Of a stretch of 62,000 nucleotides of DNA, positions 1 to 12,705 are shown in pieces. The DNA lies in the NCBI GenBank assembly GCA_013265495.1, contig MU061538.1:372001-434000 (forward strand), read 5' to 3'. This DNA comes from Vicugna vicugna (lineage: Eukaryota). Under the pieces are notes generated by a model that saw nothing but the letters and a program-made list of their open reading frames with translations, was not told the origin of the DNA and ran no database searches. How positions within the stretch are numbered: position 1 is the stretch's first letter; each line of letters begins with the position of its first letter. A program made the position numbers and the translations under genes.

Positions 1-164
1 CTACAGCATCATACTTGAATACTGGTTCTTTGTTGGCAGAGTATTTATTTTACAGAGATAAAGATGTGGCTTATCTTTTCACTTTATGTGGTTTCTGTAC
101 TGCATAGAGCTTAGAATTAGTCTCATCAAGTTTAGCAGTATTTCTCTTTACAATATTTTACCTT

Positions 165-622
165 GTATATATGCACGGAATGTTACTCAGCCACGAAAAG
201 GAGGAAGTTGTGCCATTTGCATTAACTTGGGTGGACCTTTTGAGGGCCTTACGCTGAGTGAAGTAAGTCAGGCAGAGAAAGACAAATACTGCACCAGCTC
301 TCTTCCACGTGGAGTCTGAAAGTCCCAACCGAGAGAAACAGAGAGTAGCCTGGCTTACCAGGGCTGGGGTGGGGGGAGTAGGGAGATGTCAGAGGGCACA
401 GGCGTTCAGCTGGAAGATGGGTAAATACTGGAGGCGTGAATCATATGCTTGAGAGTTGCTGAGAGTAGATCCTAAACGTTCCCACCGCGCACCCAGAAAG
501 GGACGTGTTGGGCGGTGGAGGTTCTGGCTGGTCCTGCTGTGGGCACACGTGTCAGATCAGTGCATATGCACCTCGGAGTTACACAGTGCTCCCGTCGCTT
601 CTGTCTCAGCGAAGCTGGACGA
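165..622 (+). mobile_element. L1 3' end (L1MA9-like), 5'-truncated, inserted into an older L1
   Basis: Contains the typical L1 3' motifs GGAATGTTACTCAGCC...CCATTTGCA...GCTGAGTGAAGTAAGTCAGGCAGAGAAAGACAAATACTG and the L1MA8/9-type 3'UTR TGCTTGAGAGTTGCTGAGAGTAGATCCTAAACGTTC...TCTCAGCGAAGCTGG (degenerate ...TCTCAATAAAGCTGG). Subfamily is from memory. Confidence 0.8.
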
Positions 623-639
623 ATGGTGAGCACGAGTTC

Positions 640-1900
640 TGCTGAAAACCGGGTAGAGACGTCTTGCCACTGGCTGTTCAGGTGTGTGGTGCATGCTTTT
701 GTTTTGACCTTGCGTCTCTCATCCTTGAGAAAACCCTGTGTTAGTCACCATTGCTTGACTGCAGATTCCCAGTGTTTCTCGCAGACAAACCTGCCATCTG
801 CAGCTATGAACGTTTGCTTACTTCCTTTCCGATCCGCATCCCTTACGATTCTTCCAGTTTTGCTAAGCTGTTTAGGGCTCTCTGTGCAGCGTTCAGTAAA
901 AGGAGCCGTGTTAGTCGTCACCGTCTCGCCCAGACCAAGAGAAGCTCTTTCACTATTTCACGCGGCCGAGACTGATGCTTGCTGAGCGATTTTAATGGAA
1001 AACCTCTATTGAGTTAGGAAGCTGTGTTCCCAGTTCCTTAAAAGATTTTAAGTCTTGAGTCTCTGAGATGTCACTGGTTTCTAATCCCTCTGATCTCCCA
1101 GTGACGTCGCCAGACTTCAGCCGTGGGACCGTTTTTCTGTTTCTGGAATAGACTCTTTATGGTTATTAAAGTTTTGGTTTTCCTTTGTTAGATTCAGTTG
1201 CTAATATTTTCTGAGAAGTGAAATTCACCTATTTTTCTTCCTTGCATTTTTCTGATCCAGTTTTCATCTCAAGGGGACACGAACCTCACAACCAGCAAGT
1301 CTGGCTCTTGACAGCAGCGCGTCTGCGTGGGACGGGGAGTAGCTGGGCGTCCGCGGCGGGGTGGGCTGCTTGGGCCGGGCCCAGCGTGGGAGCTGAGTGG
1401 CAATGCAGCTGTTTCACGGTGGCGGTAATGGTCGGGTTCTGTTCGCTTCGGTTCAGTTTTGGAACTTCGTATTTTTTCCTGAAAATGGTTGATTTCAGTT
1501 GCGTTTATGTTGTTCCTAGTGTCGTCTGTGGTTCTGTAACTCTCTGCTGCGTATGTTGGTCGTCGTTGCTCATAACTGATGTCATTTGCTTTTGGTTTGT
1601 CTTCTTTCCCGATGATCTAGACAGATGTTTTCTTGTTTTACTGGTCTCTTCAACTGGCCGGCCTCTGGGCCTTTGCCTCTGTGCTCTGCCCTTTTCCTTT
1701 CCATCGATCTCTGCTTCGCCGTCTGTGTCAGAGGCTTGTGTGGCCTCCATTTCTTACGTTGCTGATTCTCTGGTTTGCTTCCTCCCTTAGATTTCGCTGA
1801 CATTTCCTCATTAGGATTGATTTTCTCTGTGGTTTACGATTTTTTCATTGTGAAAAAGACATCTTCGGTGTCTTTCTCCCCAGGAGAACTGTTTGAATGT
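640..1900 (-). mobile_element. Ancient L1M (L1ME-like) ORF2 relic, antisense, fragmented
   Basis: Degenerate antisense ORF2 text, e.g. GCCATCTGCAGCT...TTACTTCCTTTCCGAT, AAGCTCTTTCACTATTTCAC, TTGCTAATATTTTCTGAGAAGTGAAATT, TGATGATCT-like/AGATGTTTTCTTGTTTTACTGGTCTCTTCAA. The Lys/Arg/Glu-rich minus-strand ORFs at 1505-1803 resemble the ORF2 linker. Boundaries are approximate. Confidence 0.6.
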
Positions 1901-3296
1901 CCCAAGAACCCTCGCTGTCGGAAATGTTCCTCCAGAGGCTTTGAGCAGAGCGACTCCCGTTAGAGTGTTAAGTGTGCGAGGACTTCCTCGCATCAGGATG
2001 TGACACCCTGTGTGACACAGACTCGGGGGCTTGCTTCCTCACGAGAGGCATGTCTGTGTCCATCCTGAGCCTGAGGAGGAGGGAGGCGGCCTCCTGCCCC
2101 GCAGTGGCGGATGGTTCTGGGCGGCTGTTCCGTCTGCGCCCGGTGCCCTCGGGCCGGCTCCGGCCTCCGGGTGGGTATCTGCAGGGTTTGCTTCAACCCG
2201 AAGTCCCCCCGACCCTTCAGCGTCCCGTGAGGAGATGCCCGTTGACTGTGAAATTAGTGTTTCGAAGTGCACGGTTTTGCCACACGAATGTTTACAAAGA
2301 CAGCCGCACGTGAGACTTTCTAGACGGTCAGACCTCAGGTGTCTGGTCTCCCTGAGTTCAGACACACTAAACAGGCCACACGTTCTGGGCTGGAGTTCCA
2401 AAAACGGTGACTGCATTGGACACGTGGTCTCCCGGGTCCAGAGTTCTGCCCGGTCACGTCAGTAGGACAGTCAGCCCTCCACGTGTCACCCGAGTGGCCG
2501 GGGGGCCGGGTGCCTGCTTCCCCGTGAGCTCACGCCCAAGCGTATTTAGACTCTCTCTGTGTTGACAGTTGTATGAACTCACCACCTGCACTTCGTGCCC
2601 TTTGTCCTAGGTTCACCTAGTCTGAACCTCACCTCATCTGACCTAACACGTGGAAACTGCCAAGTGCGCCCTTAGGTTCTCCGCACGCCTAATTCAAACC
2701 TTTGCAACCTGCCTTTTCCACTCTGTCATTCGTCTTTCCAGATCTGTACTAACTATAGACTTTTTTCTTTTAGTTTGGTTTTCCTGTGCTTCCTCTGGAC
2801 TTTATTCTGAGACCTGCACACACATGTGCACACACGCATACACCTGCTACCACACTGGTTACCTGATTTGCCACCATTCTACAGCATCTCCCCAATACTA
2901 AAACTTCTGAAACATTTTTTTTTTACTGTTTTCCCCTGGAAATGTTTATGGCTCTTCAAATTAGATTTGAGGGGAACCCAGCTCCTGGAGACCCACAGTA
3001 TTGACTTTTGCTCCAGTATTTTGGGTACATTTCCGATGCTTCAGGGGAACCAGGGCTTCGAGATCGCCACTGCCTTGAGGCCCGGACAGGCCCTGCTTGT
3101 CTTGCGCTGTGTCCAGATGAGTTTTGGAAGGATTATATTGGTAAATATTTAAACCACAGGCACTTATAAGGCATTTTTAAAAGATGTAACACATGCTTAC
3201 AGGGGCTGATTCATGCAGCTGTGTTTCACGTGTATGTAAATTGGTGGATTGTGAGTTAGCATCTCCCTGGGACTGTGTCCTCCTGGGAGCTGAGAC

Positions 3297-3343
3297 CAGT
3301 CACCTGTCCTGAGGCCTCACAGTCACCTGTTCTGAGGCCTCAC
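3297..3343. repeat. 23-bp tandem duplication
   Basis: CAGTCACCTGT(C/T)CTGAGGCCTCA x2 with one mismatch. Confidence 0.9.
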
Positions 3344-4273
3344 TGTCTGCCGGGCACCGAGATGGGCTTTCCTGCCTGAGTCTGGGGTGTGTCTGGCGGG
3401 GCCGCTTCTCCTGCAGACGTGCCGAGGCAGCGGGCACTGAGGGGGTGGTGTCCACACGCCGTGTCCCAGGCCTCCCTCCAGGTCCTCTCGGCCAGCAAGG
3501 ACCTGCTCTCTTGGGGCAAGAATGGGGGTGTCCCAGCCCGCTTTCCTGCCAGGACGCTCGCAGGGGTGGGACGGAGGACCCTCATCGACCCCTCCCGCTG
3601 GCCCCCGCTCGTCTGCTCCCGGGAGCAGCGCTGACGACCGAGGGCGGGCGGGGGGCTGTGCCGTCTGGGCTGTGCCGGGTGCCCTTCCTGCGCAGGGAGG
3701 CGGGCGAGCTCCCTGCTCCCGAGCGTCCTCCGAGTCGGCTGGAACGAGAAACAGGAAACAGAAAAACTTGAAAGGTTTCTGTGCAGTGGGGGCCCCCAGC
3801 TTTCGGGGGCCCCTCCATTGGGGTGCTCCCTGCGGCAGTGATTAAAGCTGGTGAGAGGGCACCGCGGCGGCAGGCTGCTTGCCCCGGCGCCGCCCGCCCC
3901 TCCTGCCCTGTGCACGCGTCCTCCCAGCGCTGCCCGTTGGGCTGTTCGCGGGCCCCGACCGCTCTCCCTTGTTTTAAGCAAGTGCATAGTAGCTCCTTTG
4001 GAGACTCAAACACATTTTGGAAAGTGTCATTCCTACCAAATGTCGTCGCCTGCCCTTCACTGGGTTTTATCTCAAGTCAGGAAAAACATTCATTTCCCAG
4101 TCCCTGAATATGCATGGTGTTTTTTTCATTTAAAAAATAAACATCAAGCAGCTTAAAGAGCGTTTTTCACACTCATTTGTGGACATTTGATCCCGAAGCG
4201 ATGGCATTTGGTGCAGACGCACTGGTTGTAAGTGGGCGTCTAGTTACAGTTTGCAGCTTCACCGTTTGCTGCT

Positions 4274-4287
4274 CTGCCCTCTGGCGA
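4274..4287 (-). promoter_or_regulatory. Possible CTCF-like site
   Basis: Minus strand reads TCGCCAGAGGGCAG, about 2 mismatches from the core CCASYAGRKGGCRS. Confidence 0.25.
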
Positions 4288-4869
4288 GACCTGTCCTTCC
4301 CTGAACACGAAACAGACCCCAGATGTCAAGTGTGGGAGCGTGCGAGTGTGGGCACCCAGAGAGACTCAGAGGAGTGTCCGTGAAACATGCTGCCCGGCGT
4401 CGGCGTCTGTCACTGTGGGGTCAGGGCGCTGTGCGGTCACACAGTCTCCTGGACAGATGTTCGGGTGTTTTTAAATTCAGGGAAACCTGGGCAGACGAGG
4501 AAGACGTTAAAGACAGCGGTGGTTCAGAGACCAGTTCGTGCTGTTTCCGCATCCTCCGCCCGCGGCTCGTCCTTGGCTCTCAGCGTGTGTTACGAATGAC
4601 TCGACGGTGTTATCTGACAGGGTGCCTTCTCTCCCGTTTCCACCTTCCCAGCCGCGGGGCGGAAGGAGGGGGCTTGCGGGGGAGGGGTGCCGGTGTCGTG
4701 AGGGAGACCCGGGGCAGCCCCTCCCTGGCCGCAGCGGTGCGGGGCCCGCACGCCACTGGTGCCGGCTGGTTGCCTGGTGCTTAAACAGTCCAGGGCCTGA
4801 GGCCGAGGGTGTCGGCAGTGCCAGGTGCTCCCTGGAGGTGAATTTCAGCCTGAAATTCTGCCCCTAATG

Positions 4870-5070
4870 AGCCATCGTGGACACTTGCTCCTCATTCTTT
4901 CAGCTGTAGCCTGGCCGGTGTGGCTTCAGTGCAGGGAGACGTCTGTCCTGATCGCACTTGGCATTGCTGTTACCATGGTGTGTCTGTTCCCTCATCTTCG
5001 ATGAGACCTGAAATCGTATGTTGATGACGGTTTACGTATATAATGTCTTCCTGTCTTTGTCGGGTGTCTG
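4870..5070 (-). mobile_element. Possible ancient L1 ORF1-region relic, antisense
   Basis: Weak resemblance to antisense L1ME ORF1 (GGTGTGGCTTC...GTCCTGATCGCACTTGG...CTCATCTTCGATGAGACCTGAAA). Confidence 0.3.
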
Positions 5071-6467
5071 CTTTGTGGGGGTCTGGGGTTTCTAACTGCC
5101 GGCGGCACCCAGGCTCCCAGACTTCCAGCGCCCGGGGCTGCGGCTCACTGTCTGGCCGGCTGCTCTGGAGGCGGTGACGGGGACGCAGGCCCTGTGCCCC
5201 GCCTCGTCCGCTCTCCGGCTGTTCGTGGTTCTTCCCAGCACTGCTGCTCCAGCGCCGGGCCTCTCCGACACCAGAGTGGGTGCAGACCCACAGGTCAGGG
5301 CTCAGTCCTGTGAGGCCGCCTCTTCACACGTGCCGCATGTTGGGGTGTTCCTGTGGCCCCCCCTCAGGCTCAGCGGTTGCTAGAGCGGCTCGCAGGACTC
5401 GGGGACGTGCTGGGCTTGCTCCCGCCCATCTGCTACAGAGGACACCAGCCAGGGACAGCCGGATGGAGGAGACAGGGCTGGGCTCCCGTGCCCCGCCACG
5501 CACCCGCCAGCCCAGAAGTGCTCCCGGCCCCAGGGCTCAGGGTTCATGGAGGGACCGGGATTGACTGAGTGCGTGACTGGTGGAGGCACCGACCAGCAGC
5601 GGGTGGTGAGCTCAGAGCCCTGGCTCCCCTCCCTGGAGGTTGGGGGCTGGGGCTCCTAACCGGGATTTGATCTCTCTGGTGCCCCACCCCCACCCCAAGC
5701 CCTCCCTGTCCTCGGGAAATCCAGGGTTTTAGGAGCTTGTGTCTGGGGACGGGGACAGAGGACCCTCCTTCCAGGAGGCCCGATGCCGAGAAGAGCGTCT
5801 GCATCCGTCAGGGCAGACGAGACGTGGGTGCCAGCGGTCTGCCTGGCTTCTGGCCCACATGCTCCAGGGGCGAGCCCGACTGGCCGTCTGTCGTCGCAGG
5901 GCTGGGAGCGCCCTTCGGCTGTCGTGGGCTCACAGGCGCCGGGAGTCGCGGAGAGAGACGGCGGGACAGAGCCCCAGCCGAGCGGGGGGTGTGCGCGGCG
6001 GGAGGGCCGCGTTCGAGTCACTTCATTCTGCTTTTCTCAATAGCCACTGGCAATCTTCTGGTCATTTTTTCTCTTTAAAAAATTCAGATGCAAACGTTTC
6101 ACTAGACATCTTTAAACTCCAGAGCCGCTGAGTGGCTCTTTCAGTCGAGCGGAGCGTTCAGTGCGGCCGACTGTGCTTGTGATTGGTCTGCTTCCTGGGA
6201 TGAGCTGACAGCTGGTGTGTCCAGATCGACTGTCAGTTGAGTCAGACTCTCCACTGGCTCTGAGGGCCTGGGTGCCTTGTGCCAAGTGGCAGCGAGGACT
6301 GGGAACTCCCTCGTCCTCCAGCTGTGCTGCAGAGCGGATGGGCATCTCAGCAGGAGGTGGAAATGGCCCTCATGCTTCAGGGGGAGTTGAAAATGGCACG
6401 GGACACATGCGTTTAGCAGCTCTGTTAGGGGGTCAGCCCGCATCTGCTGGGTGTAAACACCCGCACC

Positions 6468-6616
6468 GTGTTCTGTGTGTGTGCGTGTGTGAGTGCACGT
6501 GTGAGCCCATCCAGGTGTGCCTGTGTGTGCACATCATGTGCGCATGGCTGTGTGTGCGTGAGTGCATTGTGTGCCTGTAGGTGCACGTCCGGCCCATGTG
6601 TGCACATGCATGTGTT
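6468..6616. repeat. Degenerate (TG)n/(TGCG/TGCA) low-complexity tract
   Basis: Alternating purine-pyrimidine runs TGTGTGTGTGCGTGTGTGAGTGCACGTGTG...TGTGTGCACATGCATGTGT. Confidence 0.8.
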
Positions 6617-8221
6617 GGGGAGTGAGAGGGAGTGAGTTGAGGAGAAAGAAGGTGATTTGATGAACAATTGGGACATGAAGATTTGCTTCCTAATTTCAAG
6701 ATATTTCGTAGTAACTAGTTTCATGTCAAAAACGCATGAACCGCAGTAGGTGACAGAGACCCTACTCCGAGGGCCCAGAGTCTGTGTCGTCAATAGAAGC
6801 CAGACACCCCCAAACACGGTGCTGCATTTCCTCCCTGGGGAGAAGTGAGCTGAGGGCTGGCCTAGTGTCCAGTCAGTGAATTCCCTGGGGACACAGTGGG
6901 GAGCACTATCCTATGCAGGGTCCTCTGCAGCCTGGTGCCCGAAGGCCTTCCGGGGGGCTGCCCTCCGAGGTGGAATCATTCCAAGTCGAGCCCGGATGAC
7001 CAACGCTCCCCGGGTGAACGTCGGGTGAGGGCGCACACCCTCACAACGGTCTCTCCCACCTCCCAGCGCGAGCTCAGGCCAGGCACAGCCTCCCCTCCCT
7101 TCCCTGCGTCTCTGGACACCACTGTCACCAGGGCAAACCAGGGCTGACGTGTCTGGGACCCATTGGCTACCCGGTGCGTGGAGCAGGCGGCCACGGGAGT
7201 GAGTGTTCTGGCCTCGTGGTGCCTGCAGTCGGATGGGACCCTGGCCGCCTCCCTACCCCACCTCGCCCTCCCCGGGGACCTGGCGAGGTCACCTTGGTCT
7301 TGGTTTCCAGACTGTCCCCAGGACCAGGGGTTGGCAAACTGGCCCATGAACTGGCCTTTTATAAAACTAGGGCTGTCAGTGTGCCGGTCTCCAGGGCTGC
7401 ATATCCAAATCCTAGTAACTTCTCACGTTTTACTTTCCTTGTGAGACATAGGTCTCATGGATGTTTTTCCAAAATACTTTTTTCTTTGGGCACCTGGCAT
7501 CAAATCTGTCTCCAGTGCTGGTGAATGAAAGAAAAGCTTTTAAGACAGGGAATAAAACACCCTGTTTTGAAGGTTCTTTTTACTTTTGCAGTGTCATTCT
7601 GTGCAAAAGAGATAAAAACGTACGTCTCAACAGGAAGTTCACAAGCGAGTATCTGGACAGAAAACCTGCACAGCTGATCACTTACAGCAACTTTGCAGGC
7701 AAATTAACTGCCTGTGAAACAGCGTCTTCCCTAAGTCCCTCCGCTGCCTCAGCTCTCGGAGTCTTGCGGGTGGAAGGCCCACTGAGTGTGACGGGTCGCG
7801 CACACCAGCCCCACGAACGTCGCTCAGTGCGGCACCTTTCGCTGCTCAGCGCTCTGTATGAGGGAAGAGCGCACCTCGGCACACTGACCAACGGCCGAAA
7901 GCCAAGCTCCGTGAAGATGTTGAGGGGACCCGAGCGGGAGACCCAGTCAGACACCAGAAGGAGGCTGCTGCCTGCTTGGTCCCGTGAATGTACGGAAACC
8001 AAACCAGCCGCCTGACAAGTCGCGACCTCAGGTTTAAAATGCCTGTGGAAACCCAGTTAAAGCGTGCTTGTCGGGTGAACGTGAGGACGGCAGAGATTGA
8101 GTGAGTAAGGTTGTGGCAGGATTGCTTCAAGTTCAGTTTTTCTTCGATCGATTTCCATTTACAATTTAAAACATGCAAAACACATTCCCTATACATAAAG
8201 TTAACGTTTCGTAAGAATTTA

Positions 8222-8570
8222 AGGGAGGTTTTAACAACAGAAGCTGATCTCAGAGCTCTGAGGGCTGGAAGTCCAAGGCCAGGTTGCCAGCAGGGCCGGT
8301 TTCTCACAGGGCGGCCTCTGTCCTCAGCCGGCAGGTGACCCCCTCCCCACGTCCTCACTCCGCCCGCTCTGTGTGCAGACCTGCTGCCTCTGGGTCCCGA
8401 TGTCCTCTTCTCAGGGGACCCTGTCCTATTGGAGCAGGGCCCCCCTGGCATCTTCACTCTCTCATAATCGCGCCTCTGAAGGCCCTGTCTCCCAATAAGC
8501 CGCGCTACGACATGCTGGGAGCGGGGGCTTCAGCATTTGAATCTGAGGAGAAGCGGTTCAGCCTGTGACA
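8222..8570 (-). mobile_element. MaLR LTR (MLT1A/C-like), solo, antisense
   Basis: AACAACAGAA...GGGCTGGAAGTCCAAGGCCAGGTTGCCAGCAGGGCCGGTTTCT...GTCCTATTGGAGCAGGGCCC...AAGGCCCTGTCTCCCAATA...GGGCTTCAGCATTTGAATCTG...TTCAGCCTGTGACA follows the MLT1 layout in reverse. Confidence 0.8.
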
Positions 8571-8574
8571 TCAG

Positions 8575-8699
8575 ACCCTGCAGTTACAACACAGGACAAC
8601 AATTAAATGTGAATTTCAGGTAAATGGCAAGCTGTCTGTCGGACACACTTTAAATCTAAAAAGTCCTAATTCGGCCGAAGGCTCACCTGGCAGCCCTAA
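8575..8699. mobile_element. MER53-like hAT MITE remnant
   Basis: ACACAGGACAACAATTAAATGTGAATTTCAGGTAAA ... CCTGGCAGCCCTA resembles MER53 (ATACAGGACGCCCAGTTAAATTTGAATTTCAGATAAA ... TCTGGCAACCCTA). Confidence 0.5.
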
Positions 8700-11443
8700 T
8701 TTTGAACGTAGTCGTACCCCCCTCGGGTAGCTTTTGTCTGTGGCTGTTTCACATTACAGTGGCTGGAGGGAACTGCAGCCGACCCCAACTCCTTTAAAAA
8801 CACACATGGGAAACTAGGCACAGCCCTGGGAGGCGAGAATGTGAAACTCGCAGTGACTGCCCAGGACCAGGACTCGACGGTGCAGAAGCTCCGGCTGCAG
8901 GTCCTGGCTGCGGGTCCGAGCCCTGGACGCTCAGTGTGAGGGCATGTGACGCAGGCCCTCCCGGGCCTGGCACGGAGAGCGGGGGTGGGCGCTGCGCTCG
9001 TCGGTGGCTGGTGTGTGCCCGCTGTCGACGTTCCTCGAGGACCTCCTCGTGCGCTCCCACCACGTGCTTTCAGCCGCCGTCACTGACAGCGCTCCTCGCT
9101 GCCTGGTCCTGAGTTAGGGACGCATGAGATCTGCTGGTCGCTGTGGTCTCCTCTCTCCCTCTTGCTGGCTGTCTTCACCCTGCACTTCTGAACTTCTCCA
9201 TCATAGTCACTGTGGCGCGAATGTTCCCAAGCTCGGTCCTCGTGCCTGCTGGGTGCTGACAAAGCAAACACAGGCATGTAAAGGCTGAGAAGCCCGAGAG
9301 GTCAGCAGGTTGGGGAAATTCAGAGAAAAGCACAGAAACGGTCAGGAGGCTGGAAGGTTTACTTGTGAGAAAAACAGAGGAGTTGAGTGTGTCTGCCGTG
9401 GCAACGTGGTCCCCAAGACGGGCAGAAACACAGCTGAGAACTCTGAAGGCAGCCGTCCCGGGAGAGACGGTTGCTTTAGGGCTGCAGAGGGAACTTAATT
9501 ACTTTGACCGGAAGTCAGTGGAGGACAGACCTGGTGTGAAGTTGGGTCCCGTGGGGGGATGGAGGCAGCAGGATGAGACCAGACGTGGCTCCAGGTGGAC
9601 CGAGGAGGAGGGCGGGTCAACCCAGTGCCGAGTGTGGATCCCACTGTCATCAGCTCCCCAAGGTCGGGTGACTTTCTGCTCTCTATATCCCACGAGACAC
9701 AACCTGTGCGGCCCCCACCTGCACGTGGCGCCTGTCAGAGCACTGCCTCTCCCTGCCTGCGATCCTTGTCCTACCTGGGAGTCTGTTTCCACCGTGGTCC
9801 TTGGAGCAGTGGCAAGGCAGCGTTTGGGGGCCTCACCAGCCACATCGGAAGTAACCAGACCATGCCGATTTTTCCTCCTGGATCATTCTGGAGTCTCCCT
9901 GCCCCTGGCTGCTGACCACATCCCCAGCCCAGGCCCCGAGCACAGGCAGCCACCCGCCCGCCGCCCTCCCTGCTCCCTCCAACCCAGCCCCGACCCCTCC
10001 CTCACCGGTCAAAGGCTCCGGTGAGTGCTGGATGCAGACTGTCTGTGGTCTGCTGCCCACCTCGCCTGCGTCCCTACCGGCCACCCCTTGCCTGCCCCGT
10101 GGGCCCCCAGCCACCTGCATCTCGCTCTGTGCTCTGGCGCTGGGAGTCTCCTGCCTGGAACCCCCGCTCTCACCCCGCCCCTGCGGCAGGGCCCTCTGAA
10201 GGCTCAGGTCAGGCAGAGCAGGAGGTCCCCTCAGAGCCTCTCGAGACGCAGCAGGGGTGGCCCCTCCCTCTCCCCATGTGTTCCTAGCGTTTGCACCGAA
10301 AGGGTTGCATCCCAAGAATTAAGATGCAGGAAGGGAGTTGAACGTAGCAACAAGTCAGATGTTCGCGGTTGGAGAGGGCAACGGGGGTACCAGTCCAAAC
10401 CACACTGAACGTGGAGGGCCCGGCCCTGGGCAGGGACCTGGTTCAGCACTGGATTCTGGGTGATCCAGGGCAGGGGCTGGGATGCGAGGTGGGGAGCCCA
10501 GCCTGCAGGAGAAGGTTTGAGAGGCCAAAGGGACAGTGGGAGCAGCAGCGCTCCTGTTCCCTGTGGCCTGAGGCCGGGCACTCAGGCGACACTGAGGCTG
10601 CCGCTCAGGGCAGCAGGGCTGACCTCGGGCGTAGGTCATGCGGGCCGGGCCTCCCCCTTGTTGCTGGCTTCGCCCGCTGGGTGCGGAGCCACCCCGGGCC
10701 TACAGAGGTGGTTTCATGAAGCTGTGCGGTGAGCGAGTAGGACCTGCACCCCCTTTCCAGCAAACGCTGACTCCACAGTTTGCTTGCTTAATGCAAGTCT
10801 TCTGTACGAGGGGCTTTCAAGAGGTTATTTTTTATTTGACTCAATTTAAGCTCCCTCTCTCATCCTTTGCACTCTTTAGAGGAAAGACACTAAGGAGGGA
10901 CAAGAAGTCACTGTGTACATGAGCGGATTCTGTCCGTGGTTCCTGCAGGCAGGTTGGTTTCCTGCGGTGAGTCGTCCAGCGAGACCGGGCAGCCCCTGGC
11001 CTCCTCCCGCCTCCCGCATCCGCACATGCAGGAGCCGGGGGTTGGCGGGGGCTCCTCGTCTCCCCGCTCCCTCCATGGGTCACGTGTCCCATCCCCGCGC
11101 TGTTGTTCATGGTGCTCGCTGAGTTATACATACTTGTGCATTGGAAACACGTGATTCAAAAATGAACGTTATTTGCTGACAAAACGTGTTGTTAAGAGAA
11201 GAGACAGCCGTGGAAAGCGTCCACCAAGCCTGGGGCCCAACGTGGTGTCTCGTGTGGTCAGGATGACCCTGGCCCTTGAGGTGGCTCCTGGGGGCCAAGA
11301 CGGGTGGGGCGGCCCTCCTGGGGCTCCCCTCCCTCTGTGTTCCAAGTTCGTGTGCGTCGGCTTGTAGTGACTTCTACTTCATCATCTCAACGAGCTGCAC
11401 TTGATTTATACATTTCTGACAGTCTTTAAAATGTTACATGTAG

Positions 11444-12200
11444 TTTTTAAAATTGAGATACAGGTAATGTACGTTATGTAAGTTTCAGGTGCACAACGTA
11501 CTCACAATTTGTAAGGGTCACACTCCATCTGTAAGTGTGAAGTGTCGGCTGCGTCTCCCTGCTGCGCGGTGCACCTTTGCGGCTTGTTTTTCTCCCACGG
11601 TGGTTTGTGTCTGGTGATCCCTCCCCCACCATCCCCCCCCTCCCCACTGGTCACCACCGGTTTGCTCTCGGTGTCTGAGTCTGTTTCTTTTCTGTTATAT
11701 TCACTAGTTTGCTGCGTGTTTTAGATCCCACGTGTGAGTGACGTCGTGCGTGTTCGTCTTCCTCCGTCTGACCCACTGTGCTGAGCACGGCGCCCTCCAG
11801 GCCCATCCCTGCTGCTGCGAGCCGCACGTTCCAGCCTCCTTGTGCCTGAGTAGTCATCCCTCAGGCACTCACGCACGGCGTCTCTTCACCAGCCGTCTGC
11901 TCCCTGTCTTGGCTTATTGCACGTAGCGCTGTGAACACCGAGGCCCGTCTGCTTTTTTGAGTTAGTGTTTGCATTTTCTCCAGGCACATGCCCAGGAGTG
12001 GAGTCGCCGGAGCACGTGGTAGTTCTGCTTTTTGTGTTTTGAGGAGCCTCCACACTGCTTCCCACATCGCCCGCATCAGTTTACATTCCCAGCAAAGCGT
12101 GCAGGGGCCCCCTTTCCTCCACGTTCCCCCGGCGTTTGTTATTTGTGGTCATTTTGGTGATGGCCGTCCTGACAGCTGTGTGGTGACACCTCACTGTGGG
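11444..12200 (-). mobile_element. Cetartiodactyl-type L1 3'UTR and ORF2 end, antisense
   Basis: TTTTTAAAATTGAGATA...AGTTTCAGGTGCACAAC...CCCCACTGGTCACCACCGGTTTGCTCTC...GAGTCTGTTTCTTTTCTGTTATATTCACTAGTTTG...ATGCCCAGGAGTGGAGTCGCCGGA...TTTGAGGAGCCTCCACACTG...TTTACATTCCCAGCAA. Confidence 0.9.
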
Positions 12201-12705
12201 TTTTTTTAAATATATATTTTTATTGAAGTGCAATCAGTTTACAATGCTGTGTCAGTTTCTGGTGTGCAGCACAGTGCTTCAGTCATACATGAACGTGCAT
12301 ATATCCATTTCACACTCTTTTTTTTACCATGTATTACTACAAAAAGGTATCGAATATACTTCCCTGTGCTACATGGTATAAACGTGTTGTTTATCTATTT
12401 TATGTGTAGTAGTTAGTATCTGCAAATCTCAAACTCCCAATTTATCCCTTCCCACCCCATCCCCCCAGTAACCGTAAGTTTGTTTCCTTGTCTGTAAGTC
12501 TGTTTCTGTTTTGTACATAAGTTTGTCCTTTTTTTTTTAAAGTCCCCATATGAGTGATACCATATGGTATTTTCCTTTCTCTTTCTGATGTACTTCACTT
12601 AGAACGACAATCTCCAGGGCCATCCATGCTGCTGCAAATGGCATTATTTTATTCTTTTTTATGGCTGAGTAGTATTCCACTGTATAAATGTACCACGGCT
12701 TCTTT
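12201..12705 (-). mobile_element. Younger camelid-type L1 3' end, antisense, 5'-truncated
   Basis: T-rich tail, then TTATTGAAGTGCAATCAGTTTACAATG...CAGTCATACATGAAC...TTAGTATCTGCAAATCTCAAACTCCCAATTTATCCCTTCCCACCCC...GCTGCAAATGGCATTATTTTATTCTTTTTTATGGCTGAGTAGTATTCC. It stays AT-rich and looks less diverged than the flanking L1. Confidence 0.85.

Noticed and set aside
7325..7366. CAGGGGTTGGCAAACT, like a MER58/hAT terminus
   Set aside because: The fragment is too short to annotate with confidence.
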